Assembly (NCBI GenBank): GCA_963705235.1
Contig: OY970059.1
Coordinates: 1,589,209 to 1,653,208, forward strand
DNA from: an uncultured Solirubrobacteraceae bacterium
GTDB lineage: Bacteria > Actinomycetota > Thermoleophilia > Solirubrobacterales > Solirubrobacteraceae
Direction: 5' to 3'
Length of the DNA: 64,000 nt
Shown here: in pieces, positions 36,367 through 45,108 of the stretch
Numbering within the stretch: position 1 is the first letter of the stretch
Layout of the letters: each line of letters starts with the position of its first letter
Notes under the pieces: model-generated
What the model was told of the DNA's origin: nothing
The model's input: the letters and a program-made list of their open reading frames with translations, nothing else
Databases searched by the model: none
Translations under genes and position numbers: made by a program

Positions 36367-37089
36367 ATGGCGGTCGCCCACCACATGGCCTGGGCGCGCG
36401 GGCGCGTCGCCCAGGCGCTTGCGCAGGGGCCGAGCCGCAGAGTGGTCGCTGTGCTTATCGGGTCGACCGATCTCGTTGCCGCCGTCGACGGGCGCACGGC
36501 AGGGCTTACCTCCGAAGCGGACAGAGCGCTACTGCGCGCCTGGCGTGAGTCCGCGGACGCGCTTTTCGTTGGCACTGGAACGCTCATGACCGAGCTTTAC
36601 TCCGGTTCGATCGTGTCCGACGAGGGCCGCCGGACACGCGTTGCCAACGGCATGTCGGCGCTGCCGCCGATCGTCACCGTCGATCGCTCCGGAGCGATCG
36701 ACCTCGACGTCGCTCTACGTGGCGCCGACCCGCCGCCGTTGATCGTCTATGTAGGCGTTGGTGAGGCGCGGGAGGATGATCGTGCGACCTGGGTGGAGGT
36801 ATCTGACTTCAGCGTCACGCGCGTGATCGACGACGTTCACGATCGGCTGGGTGCTCGTGTGATCGTCGCTGAGGGTGGTCCTCGTCTGCTGCGCTCCGCC
36901 TTCGCCGCCGGTGCGGTCACCGATCTCAGCTTGACCACCGCCCCGCTGGTCGTCGGCAGCGGCCTGCGTCTGGAGATCGGCATGCCGTCGCCTCGCGTCG
37001 AGCTGCTCCCCGCCGAAGTGATCGACGGCTACGTGTTCGAACATTGGCTGCTGGATCCCACGGGGTCCGCCGGCGCAAACAACCCGTGA
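36367..37089 (+). CDS. RibD C-terminal / pyrimidine reductase-like protein (degenerate)
   Basis: ADALFVGTGT, IVAEGGPRLL, DLSLTTAPLVVG. Confidence 0.75.
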   Translation: MAVAHHMAWARGRVAQALAQGPSRRVVAVLIGSTDLVAAVDGRTAGLTSEADRALLRAWRESADALFVGTGTLMTELYSGSIVSDEGRRTRVANGMSALPPIVTVDRSGAIDLDVALRGADPPPLIVYVGVGEAREDDRATWVEVSDFSVTRVIDDVHDRLGARVIVAEGGPRLLRSAFAAGAVTDLSLTTAPLVVGSGLRLEIGMPSPRVELLPAEVIDGYVFEHWLLDPTGSAGANNP

Positions 37090-37108
37090 TCACGCGCCAC
37101 GCCTGACG

Positions 37109-37585
37109 TCAGGTGTCGGCGAGCCAGCGACCGTCGTCCATGATCGTCCTTCCAGGCAGTTCGCGCGCCTCGCGCCAGGCCTGTATGCGGCGAGGCACGA
37201 GCACGAAGTAGTGCGAGGGAAGGTCGGTGCCGGTGCGCGGATCCCAGTCGGATTGCTCGGCGTAGGCGTCGGCAAGCTCGGGCGGCGCTGTCGCCACCGG
37301 GATCGCGTCGTCGAGGATGGCCTCGATCAGCACGACGTCGTCGGTGGCTCCGACTGCGAGCCGCGCGAGTTTCGACGCGAACAGATTCTTGGCGGTCGGG
37401 CTGGCCGTCGAGGTCGCGATGGTGAAACTGTGGCCCGACCACGCATAGCTGACGGGCACGAGATACGGGCTCGACAGCTCCGCTGACGCCGTCGCGATCC
37501 ACAGGTGGTTGTGCGATGCGAGACTCGCCAGGGTGTCGCGTCGTCGCTGAGCCCTCGGCCGAATCGGGGTAGCCACGAACCTCAT
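37109..37585 (-). CDS. Pyridoxamine 5'-phosphate oxidase-like protein
   Basis: LWIATAS, PYLVPVSYAW, TAKNL..ARLAVG..DVVLIE, PRRIQAWRE. Confidence 0.8.
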   Translation of the reverse strand: MRFVATPIRPRAQRRRDTLASLASHNHLWIATASAELSSPYLVPVSYAWSGHSFTIATSTASPTAKNLFASKLARLAVGATDDVVLIEAILDDAIPVATAPPELADAYAEQSDWDPRTGTDLPSHYFVLVPRRIQAWREARELPGRTIMDDGRWLADT

Positions 37586-37679
37586 CTTGGCAGAGACTCT
37601 CGTGCTGTCTAAGGAGTACGGGCGTCGTCTCGAGTGTGCGGCGGTGGTAGCGTCGTACTCCCCCAAGTGAAGAGGTCGT

Positions 37680-38273
37680 ATGAGGCTCCCGAACGCGGTG
37701 CACGAAGAGCGGCCCTGGGTAATCGCCCAAATCGCGCCCGACTTCCAGCTCCTTGATGTGTGGGCGCTCCCCGCGACCGGCGGCCCCGACGAGTTCCCGT
37801 CGCTGCTGGAGCTGATCGCGTCGCTTGATCCGGCGAAGGCGGATTCACATGTGACGCGCGCGCTGTTCGCGTTGCGGTATCGCATCGGCGGCTGGCTCGG
37901 TTGGGATGACGGCCGTGAGCGTGCGGTGTCTGACCGTGGCGAGACGACGCTCAGCGCGCGACTTCCAGTGAATCTACAAGGCGGCGCGAGTGCGACCAAT
38001 CTCAGCGCGACCGATTTCTCGCCGCTCTACCGAACCGACGACGAGTGGGCTGCGGAGATCTCCAACCGCACGGTTCACGGCGTCGTGCAGCTGGCATGGG
38101 TCGAGGAGGGCAAGGGCATGTACCGCGGGCGAATGGCCGTATATGTGAAACCCCGGGGCACCCTCGGCGAGGGTTACATGGCGTTGATCGGACCGTTTCG
38201 ACATCACATCGTCTACCCCGCGCTGATGCGCCAGATCGGGCGTGCGTGGGAGCATCGTCAGCCGAAGGCGTAG
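37680..38273 (+). CDS. DUF2867-like protein
   Basis: IAPDFQLLDVWALP, LFALRYRIGGWLGWD, NRTVHGVVQLAW, YMALIGPFRHHIVYPA. Confidence 0.7.
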   Translation: MRLPNAVHEERPWVIAQIAPDFQLLDVWALPATGGPDEFPSLLELIASLDPAKADSHVTRALFALRYRIGGWLGWDDGRERAVSDRGETTLSARLPVNLQGGASATNLSATDFSPLYRTDDEWAAEISNRTVHGVVQLAWVEEGKGMYRGRMAVYVKPRGTLGEGYMALIGPFRHHIVYPALMRQIGRAWEHRQPKA

Positions 38274-38304
38274 GCCGAGCGGCGGGCGGTCGTCTGCGTC
38301 TGCC

Positions 38305-38937
38305 TCAGGCAGACTCGGCGGTGCCGGCAAGGCCGGCGAGCAGGCGTGCGGCGCCAGTCTGAAAGCGCTCGACCTGACCGTAGGAACGCGCGAGCAGCAT
38401 CGCTCCCTCTAGCCCACTGACGATGCTGCTCGCCGTCTCGCCGGCCGGGCCGTCGAAATCCAGACTGCCGTCCCGGCGACCCTGCTCGAGCACCCGCGCG
38501 AGCCACGTCTCGTTTTCGTCGAGGAACGAGACGACCGCCTTTCGGATTGGTAGCGACAAGGTCTCGTGCTCGGCTGCGAGCATGCCGCACAGGCACATGC
38601 GCCCGTCGCGCAGCACGTCCATGTACAGGCCGGCGTAGGCGTCGAGCTTGGCCGGCGCCCAAGTGAGGCGTGCGTCGATCGCCCTTAGGGCCTCGGCGAA
38701 GCGCTCGGCGTAGCGCGCGATTAGCGCCTCGCCGAGCTCCGCCTTGCTCGGGAAGTGGTAGTGCAGGCTCGCCTTGGTGACGCCCAGCTCGGCGGCGACG
38801 TCGGCGTAGCTAAAGCCGTTGAAGCCGCGGACCTGAACGAGGCGTTCGGCGACATCGAGGATCTGGGTGCGTGTGTTCGACGGCGGCGCTTTCGCTTGTG
38901 CGCCGTCCGTTGCGCTGGTCGTGGTGCCGGTCGTCAC
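38305..38937 (-). CDS. TetR family regulator (NemR-like)
   Basis: ILDVAERLVQVRGFNGFSYADVA..ASLHYHFPSK; MCLCGML. Confidence 0.92.
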   Translation of the reverse strand: MTTGTTTSATDGAQAKAPPSNTRTQILDVAERLVQVRGFNGFSYADVAAELGVTKASLHYHFPSKAELGEALIARYAERFAEALRAIDARLTWAPAKLDAYAGLYMDVLRDGRMCLCGMLAAEHETLSLPIRKAVVSFLDENETWLARVLEQGRRDGSLDFDGPAGETASSIVSGLEGAMLLARSYGQVERFQTGAARLLAGLAGTAESA

Positions 38938-38965
38938 GGTGATCGTGTCATTCTCGCAGCCCTAC

Positions 38966-38994
38966 TTGACATGCTACTTACTAGTAGGTAGGTT
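38966..38994 (+). promoter_or_regulatory. Sigma70 promoter with TetR-type operator in the spacer
   Basis: TTGACA (38966-38971)-N17-TAGGTT (38989-38994); near-perfect palindrome CTACTTACTAGTAGGTAG at 38974-38991. Confidence 0.8.
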
Positions 38995-39033
38995 AGCGAC
39001 GTTCGAGCCAACCGGCATGCACCAGGAGGACTG

Positions 39034-39387
39034 ATGAGCTTCAAGCTTTGCCATCGCGACGAGTGTGAGACGGCCGGCAACTGGCAGTTGGTGCGCCGCA
39101 CGCTCGACCTGCAGGCGTTCGGCGTCAACGTCGTCGAGCTCGCTCCCGGTGAGCAGATACCCGAACACGACGAGACCGGCCGCGATCAAGAGGAGGTCTT
39201 TTACGTCATCGACGGCAGCCCCACGCTGGTCGTCGACGGCGAGGACCATCACACGCGGGCGGGGATGTTCGCTCGTCTGGACCCGGCACACTCACGCACC
39301 GTCCGCAACGACGGTCAGGAGACCGCCAGCGTGTTGATCGCCTCGGCGCCCGTCTCCAGTGGCTACGAGCCGATGGGTTGGGCATGA
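39034..39387 (+). CDS. Cupin domain protein
   Basis: GVNVVELAPG, PEHDE..QEEVFYVIDG. Confidence 0.85.
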   Translation: MSFKLCHRDECETAGNWQLVRRTLDLQAFGVNVVELAPGEQIPEHDETGRDQEEVFYVIDGSPTLVVDGEDHHTRAGMFARLDPAHSRTVRNDGQETASVLIASAPVSSGYEPMGWA

Positions 39388-39809
39388 GCGCCGTCGTGGA
39401 GAGCCTGCGCGAGACGATCGACGCGTACAACGACGCGTGGAACGCCCACGACGTCGACCGGATCGGGTCGATGCACGCCGCGGACATGGTGTTCGAGAAT
39501 CACACCGCCGGCGAGCGGGCCGAGGGTCAAGCGGCGCTCGCTCACATTGCCGGCATCTTCGAGTCCTGGCCCGACATCAGGTTCGAGACACGCAGGCTGT
39601 ACGTGCGTGAGGATCTGGTCGTGCAGGAGTGGACCGCCTCTGCGACGCACGTCAAGCCGCTCACTCGCGGCGAGATCGTGGCCAGCCCGTCAGGCAAGCG
39701 CATCGAATGGAACGGGATGGACGTGATCCCGTTCGAGGACGGCAAGGTCAAGCGCAAGGACGTGTACTCGGACTCGGTCTCGATCCTGCGTCAGGTGGGT
39801 CTGCTCTAG
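39384..39809 (+). CDS. SnoaL-like / NTF2-family protein
   Basis: YNDAWNAHDVD, WPDIRF, EWTASATH, PSGKRIEWNGMD. Confidence 0.88.
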   Translation: MSAVVESLRETIDAYNDAWNAHDVDRIGSMHAADMVFENHTAGERAEGQAALAHIAGIFESWPDIRFETRRLYVREDLVVQEWTASATHVKPLTRGEIVASPSGKRIEWNGMDVIPFEDGKVKRKDVYSDSVSILRQVGLL

Positions 39810-39869
39810 CTGGTCGTGGGCGATGTCCGCGTGCGTCCGGCTGGAGCCGACGCGATCTAAACTGTCCCC

Positions 39870-41231
39870 ATGACGCTCCCGCCCGGCCCTCGCAGCCCGG
39901 CAGCGATCAACATGCTGCGCTTCGCCCGTCGCCCGGTGGACTGCCTGCGCGCGTGGCAAGCTCGCTACGGCAACGTCTTCACGGTCAGCCTGACGGGTTT
40001 TGGGACCGGCGTGTTCGTCGTCGATCCCGACGCCATCCGCGAGCTGTTCACGGGCGACCAGTCGGACCTGCGCGCGGGCGAGGCAAACTCGTTCATGGAA
40101 CCTGTGCTGGGGCCGCACTCGGTGCTGGTCCTCGACGGGCCCGAGCACCTACGCCAGCGCAAGCTGCTGCTGCCGCCGTTTCAAGGCTCGAGGGTGGCGG
40201 GGTTTCGCGAGGTGATTCGCGACGTGGCCGAGCGCGAGATCGCACGGTGGCAGCCCGGCGAGCGGCTGGTCCTGCGCGAGCGCATGCGCGCGTTGACCTT
40301 CGAGGTGATCTGCCGAGCGGTGTTCGGCGTGACCGAGCCGTGGCGCGTCGATCGCCTGCGCGCGACGCTGAGCGCGGTGATCGACAGCAGCCCGCTGTAC
40401 CTGCTGTCGGGCGCGGTACGCGCGGACCTCGGCCCGCTCAGCCCCGGCGGGCGCTTTGCGCGGCGGTTGCGTGCCGCCGATGCGCTGCTGAACGAGGAGA
40501 TCGAACGCCGCCGTCGCGAGCCCGATCTGGACGAGCGCAGCGACGTGCTGTCGCTGCTGCTGCGCGCGCGCGACGAGGACGGCCGCGAGATGACGCTGGC
40601 GGAGCTGCGCGACGAGCTGTTCACGATGCTCGCGGCCGGGCACGAGACGACAGCCACCGGCCTGGCTTCGGCGTTCGAGCTGCTGCTGCGCAACCCGCTC
40701 GTGCTGGAGCGTCTGCGCGAGGAGATACAAGCCGGCCAGGACGACGCCTATCTCGACGCGGTCGTCAAGGAGTCCTTGCGGCTGCGTCCGGTGATCGACG
40801 GCGCCGAGCGGACGCTGACGGTTCCCCGGACCTTGGCCGGGTGGGAGCTGCCTGCGGGAGTGAAGGTCTATCCGGGGATCGTGCTGGTTCACCTGCGCGA
40901 GGATCTGTACCCACGAGCTGAGGAGTTCCTGCCCGAGCGTTTCCTCGAGGAGGGCGTCGAGTCCTACTCGTGGCTGCCGTTCGGGGGCGGCATTCGGCGC
41001 TGCATCGGCGCTGCGCTCGCGCAGGCGGAGATGGCCGAGGTGCTGCGCGTGGCCGTCACGACGGTCGAGCTCGATCCTGTCCGCGCGCAGCCGGACCCGA
41101 TCGTGCTGCGCGGGATCACGCTCGCGCCCAAGCACGGCGTGCAGGTGCGCGTGCGCCGTCGTCTGCGCTCAGCTCGGCCCGGCGCCGACGGGAGAGCCCG
41201 TTCGGTGGTGGGACAAGAGATGGCGCTCTAG
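39870..41231 (+). CDS. Cytochrome P450
   Basis: AAGHETT I-helix, ESLRLRP ExxR, FGGGIRRCIG heme motif. Confidence 0.95.
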   Translation: MTLPPGPRSPAAINMLRFARRPVDCLRAWQARYGNVFTVSLTGFGTGVFVVDPDAIRELFTGDQSDLRAGEANSFMEPVLGPHSVLVLDGPEHLRQRKLLLPPFQGSRVAGFREVIRDVAEREIARWQPGERLVLRERMRALTFEVICRAVFGVTEPWRVDRLRATLSAVIDSSPLYLLSGAVRADLGPLSPGGRFARRLRAADALLNEEIERRRREPDLDERSDVLSLLLRARDEDGREMTLAELRDELFTMLAAGHETTATGLASAFELLLRNPLVLERLREEIQAGQDDAYLDAVVKESLRLRPVIDGAERTLTVPRTLAGWELPAGVKVYPGIVLVHLREDLYPRAEEFLPERFLEEGVESYSWLPFGGGIRRCIGAALAQAEMAEVLRVAVTTVELDPVRAQPDPIVLRGITLAPKHGVQVRVRRRLRSARPGADGRARSVVGQEMAL

Positions 41232-42068
41232 GAACTCGAGCTGGTCGGCCAGGAGCGCTTCGTGCGCCGGGCCGTCGTAAACATCGAAGTGGTCGACGCC
41301 GGGGTATGTGCGCAGCTCGCCCAGCGGCGCACGGCGCGCCGCGGCGATCGCGGGGCCGGGTTTGGCGACGCGATCGGCCTCGCCCACACACACGAGCCAC
41401 GGGCAGTGCAACTTCGCCGCATGGCGTCCAGGCTGGAACGGACGGTGCAACAGCCAGCGCGCCGACACGCGGTCACGCCAGCGCGAGTCCTCGCCGCCGG
41501 CCACCACGCGGCGCCAGCCGTCCTCGCTGCCGGGCGCGTTGACGAACGCGGCCTCGTGTGGCTGACCGACTGCGGGTAGGTGGCGCCCGAGGACAGCGGC
41601 GAGCAGGGATTGGGCGGCGACGCGGGGCGAGGGACGGTGCGCTTGACGCACGATGTCGAGGAACGGCACCTGACTTATGACGGCGGCGACGCGAGCGTCC
41701 TGGGCGGCGGCGGCGAGGGCGTTGCCGCCACCCATCGACGACCCAAACGTGGCCACGCGATCGGCGTCGACGTCGGGGAGCGAGCGAGCGAAGGCGATCG
41801 CCGCGCGCCAGTCGGCCAGCTGGCGCGTAGGCTCGAACAGGTCCGGCTCACCGGCGCTGTCGCCGAACCCGCGGTGGTCGAACACCAGCGCCGCGACACC
41901 GGCCGCGGCAAAGCGCTCGGCGAACGGGCCGAGCCGGTCGCGCCGGGTTCCCGACAGGCCGTGTGCCATCACCACGATCGGGGTTGGCTGATCCTGGCCG
42001 GCGGCGGGATAGAGCCACGCCGCGCACTGGTCCGCTGCCGAGGTGAAGCGCAGGTCTTGACGGGTCAT
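41169..42068 (-). CDS. Alpha/beta hydrolase
   Basis: VMAHGLSG, FDHRGFGDS, GSSMGG nucleophile elbow, GEADRV, DHFDVY. Confidence 0.9.
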   Translation of the reverse strand: MTRQDLRFTSAADQCAAWLYPAAGQDQPTPIVVMAHGLSGTRRDRLGPFAERFAAAGVAALVFDHRGFGDSAGEPDLFEPTRQLADWRAAIAFARSLPDVDADRVATFGSSMGGGNALAAAAQDARVAAVISQVPFLDIVRQAHRPSPRVAAQSLLAAVLGRHLPAVGQPHEAAFVNAPGSEDGWRRVVAGGEDSRWRDRVSARWLLHRPFQPGRHAAKLHCPWLVCVGEADRVAKPGPAIAAARRAPLGELRTYPGVDHFDVYDGPAHEALLADQLEFLERHLLSHHRTGSPVGAGPS

Positions 42069-42135
42069 GTGCATTGAACGACCGGACTGGCGAAAACGTG
42101 AGGTACGCCGGCTCGAAGGTGCGCGTCGACCACAG

Positions 42136-42819
42136 CTAGAGCCGTTTCAGCGTGAGCTTGACCGTGATGGTCGTCGTGCCTTGACTGGCGTACGCTCCTT
42201 CGCCACTGAACGTGTGCGTGCCGGTCGCGACAATCGTCTGCTTGTGCCGGTCGAGCAGCATCCGCTTGGGAACGACCAGGTCAACGCCGTCGCCCGGCGC
42301 GACCTGCGGAAAGCGGCTCGGCGAGACGGATGTGCAGTTCTCGAACACATCTTTGGCTTCCGGTGCGAAGTCGACCACGGCAAAGCTGTGCCAGCGCCCA
42401 CCCGAGAGATGGTCGCCCTCCTCGAGTGCCATCTTCAGGGACGAGAACGACTTGGTGGCGCAGTCGCTCGGGCGCGTGCGATCGTCGTGACAGCTCACCG
42501 CTCCCGCGTTGGAGCGCGTGGTGGTCCCGTCGACGCGAAACAGTGTCTGACCGTTGCCTACGGTGAGTGTGCGGCGATAGCTCGTCACCTTGACGCGAAA
42601 CGGCGCGGCGCTGGCAAAGTCGATCGTGTCCGAAGACGTGCCCGGCCCGCATTCGCCGCCCGGTTCTTCCAGCGTCGCGGTGCTCGTCTGTGTGCCCTGA
42701 ACTGTCGCGACGAACGATGCCGAGGGCACGCCAACGGCACCGGCTGCGGTTGGGAGCACGAGTACCACGCCGAAAACCGACAGGACAGCCCCCGTGCGTT
42801 GCAAGCGGTCTTTTCGCAC
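42136..42819 (-). CDS. Secreted hypothetical beta-rich protein
   Basis: Signal peptide (VFGVVLVLPTAAGA), Thr-rich, four Cys. Confidence 0.7.
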   Translation of the reverse strand: MRKDRLQRTGAVLSVFGVVLVLPTAAGAVGVPSASFVATVQGTQTSTATLEEPGGECGPGTSSDTIDFASAAPFRVKVTSYRRTLTVGNGQTLFRVDGTTTRSNAGAVSCHDDRTRPSDCATKSFSSLKMALEEGDHLSGGRWHSFAVVDFAPEAKDVFENCTSVSPSRFPQVAPGDGVDLVVPKRMLLDRHKQTIVATGTHTFSGEGAYASQGTTTITVKLTLKRL

Positions 42820-42910
42820 CAGCCCCCCAGTGGAAAGTCGTTGCGGTCGTTCGCTGACGGCCGTGCGGGCGATGCTAACAGCCGTTCGCGGGCGCTGTTA
42901 GGGTCGCGCC

Positions 42911-43345
42911 ATGTGGCTCCAGCGCGGGCTGACGCTCGATTCTCGACCGCGGGGCTTCCACCTGATCACCGGAGAGGTGCTCGCGGCGCTGCCGAAGATC
43001 TCGACGATCTCGATTGGGCTGCTGCACCTGCTGCTGGGCCACACCTCAGCGTCGCTGACGCTCAACGAGAACGCCAGCCCGGACGTGCGCCGGGACTTCC
43101 AGGCCTGGTTCGACGATGCGGTGCCCGAGCACAGCTCGCTGTGGACGCACACGCTGGAGGGCAGCGACGACATGCCCGCGCACATCAAGGCATCGCTGCT
43201 CGGGCCCACGCTCACGCTGCCGATCAGCGCCGGTCGCGTGACGCTGGGGACCTGGCAGGGGATCTACATGTGCGAGCACCGCGACCGCGGCGGGCCACGC
43301 TCGCTCGTGGCGACGGTGTGGGGGGAAGCGCAGGAGCGGCGATAG
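42911..43345 (+). CDS. yjbQ: YjbQ / UPF0047 family protein
   Basis: RGFHLIT, HTSASLTLNENA.PDVRRD, HTLEGSDDMPAHIK, LGTWQGIYMCEHR. Confidence 0.92.
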   Translation: MWLQRGLTLDSRPRGFHLITGEVLAALPKISTISIGLLHLLLGHTSASLTLNENASPDVRRDFQAWFDDAVPEHSSLWTHTLEGSDDMPAHIKASLLGPTLTLPISAGRVTLGTWQGIYMCEHRDRGGPRSLVATVWGEAQERR

Positions 43346-43358
43346 ACTACGGCGCTCT

Positions 43359-43432
<74 letters not shown>

Positions 43433-43448
43433 TCGCTCGCGGTCAACT

Positions 43449-43472
43449 CCGGCCCCAATGAAAAGGGGTCGG
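43449..43472 (+). terminator. Hairpin downstream of tRNA-Arg
   Basis: CCGGCCCC-AATGAAAA-GGGGTCGG. Confidence 0.5.
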
Positions 43473-43684
43473 GATTCGGCCGTTGTCTAGCCCGCCAAAG
43501 CGCCGCCGCCCTGGCTGAGGAGCTGCTGCAGGGTGGTCTGCTCCCGCTCGATGCGCTCGGTTTGGCGTCTCATGACGTTGACAGAGACCCTCCCCGGTAC
43601 CGGCCCACGACGCGAGCGCTTAGCTTGTGAGGGCCAGGGCGGCTGGCTGCGCGGCCTCAAATGCGCATGCGGAACGGTACGGAG

Positions 43685-44347
43685 ATGATCCTTCCCGACG
43701 AATTAGGAGGCAAGTTGCGAAAACGACGTAGGAGTCGGCAAGAGAAGCTGAAAGTTCTCTACTGTGATGATGACGCTCGCTATATAGACGCCTTTCGGGC
43801 ACGCCACGCCGATAATTTCGATGTAGAAGTGCAGTCCAGTATCAGCGGCGTCTACCGTGACATTTCTGGTCGCCGGGATCGGGAGCTTCCCGACGTTCTA
43901 CTTCTCGATCTCTATCACCCTACGTCGCAGGTGACTGCGGACGCACTTGTAACTCGCGAGGCGGCCAAGGCGAAGCTGGAGGCCTTGTCCGCCATGATCC
44001 GAGAAGTTCGAGAACACGTCGACAGAGCTTGGACTCCGTCGGCGATTAGTGTCCTTGAGGAGCTTCGCGCGGAGTATCCCGAGTACAAGCTCCCCGTGAT
44101 GATCTACACCCAGCGTGGGCTGCTAATGCTCACTGACGCCGAGATCCGGCGGATCGAGGACGCCGACGCCGACTGGCTGCTGAAGGACCCTGAGCGGATC
44201 TCTGACGCGACAGAGGCAGCTTGGATACGGAGGTACGTTCGAGTGGCCAACGCCGAGCGGCACCTCCCACGGGACATGCGGCTGACAATCGGATCGGTAG
44301 TGGCGTCGACGGCACTCGGCGTAACCGTTACGCTGCTAGTGACGTAG
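43685..44347 (+). CDS. Orphan receiver-domain protein with helical insertion and C-terminal TM anchor (alternative TTG start at 43715)
   Basis: VLYCDDD, VLLLDLY, PVMIYT, WLLKDP; C-terminal IGSVVASTALGVTVTLLVT. Confidence 0.75.
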   Translation: MILPDELGGKLRKRRRSRQEKLKVLYCDDDARYIDAFRARHADNFDVEVQSSISGVYRDISGRRDRELPDVLLLDLYHPTSQVTADALVTREAAKAKLEALSAMIREVREHVDRAWTPSAISVLEELRAEYPEYKLPVMIYTQRGLLMLTDAEIRRIEDADADWLLKDPERISDATEAAWIRRYVRVANAERHLPRDMRLTIGSVVASTALGVTVTLLVT

Positions 44348-44448
44348 TCGTTTGCTGGAGTGAGCCTCTGCTCGCGCAACGCGGATTGTGCGACGGGCTG
44401 AGCGGTAGTAGGCTATTTCGTTCCAGCTGATGGACTTTGGAGGATCAA

Positions 44449-45033
44449 ATGGCTAGCTTTGAGGATTCTGCGGGCGAATATGTCGGACAGGTTGTGGTCG
44501 ACGCATCAATCGTCCTCAGTGAGGACCCCGGCGGCGAGCGCCAGGACATCACAATGACCGGCATGGTTCGTATTCGTGAGTGGCCTTCCAGAGACGATGA
44601 GCGTCGGACGTTGGATGATGGCCGCACGCAGATCGACCTCGAGATGGTTGAGTCCAGAGTAGAGGGGCTACTTGCGGCTGGAGACGACGCCATTCACATC
44701 ACCGAGACGACCGGCAACCGTAACTACGGAACGCTGACGCAAGAGGTCGCCGGACAGGACTTTCCCGCACACTTCAAACTTATGCGTCTTATCTCGGTTG
44801 AGACACCTATCGGCCGGCTCCATAACGACCAGCCGATCGAGATCGAGGCGACTCTAACCGCCATCCCGCCTGTTGTATCCGCTGAGGTCCGTGAGGGGCC
44901 TAACGTTTTTGAAGCAGTAAATACTCCGGTACCGCTCCTGAACGATGCTGGGGACGTGGTTGCCTACTTTTCGGGTGATCCCGCTACTAGGAGTAATTGC
45001 GTTGTTCGTATGGTCTCTGCCGAGTCGGCATGA
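44449..45033 (+). CDS. Acidic beta-rich hypothetical protein
   Basis: GGAGGA RBS at 44439; QDFPAHF..VETPIGRLHNDQP..TLTAIPP; lower GC than flanks. Confidence 0.75.
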   Translation: MASFEDSAGEYVGQVVVDASIVLSEDPGGERQDITMTGMVRIREWPSRDDERRTLDDGRTQIDLEMVESRVEGLLAAGDDAIHITETTGNRNYGTLTQEVAGQDFPAHFKLMRLISVETPIGRLHNDQPIEIEATLTAIPPVVSAEVREGPNVFEAVNTPVPLLNDAGDVVAYFSGDPATRSNCVVRMVSAESA

Positions 45034-45108
45034 GGTACGGGCGTCCATTGCCGCCTGTGCGACGTACTCCTCAGCGCATCTGAGATATCTTCGCTCCCGA
45101 TGCGCCTA

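Noticed and set aside
43487-43573. 28-aa minus-strand ORF MRRQTERIEREQTTLQQLLSQGGGALAG after tRNA-Arg
   Set aside because: Short, poorly spaced RBS, no motif; may be a gene remnant but cannot be supported
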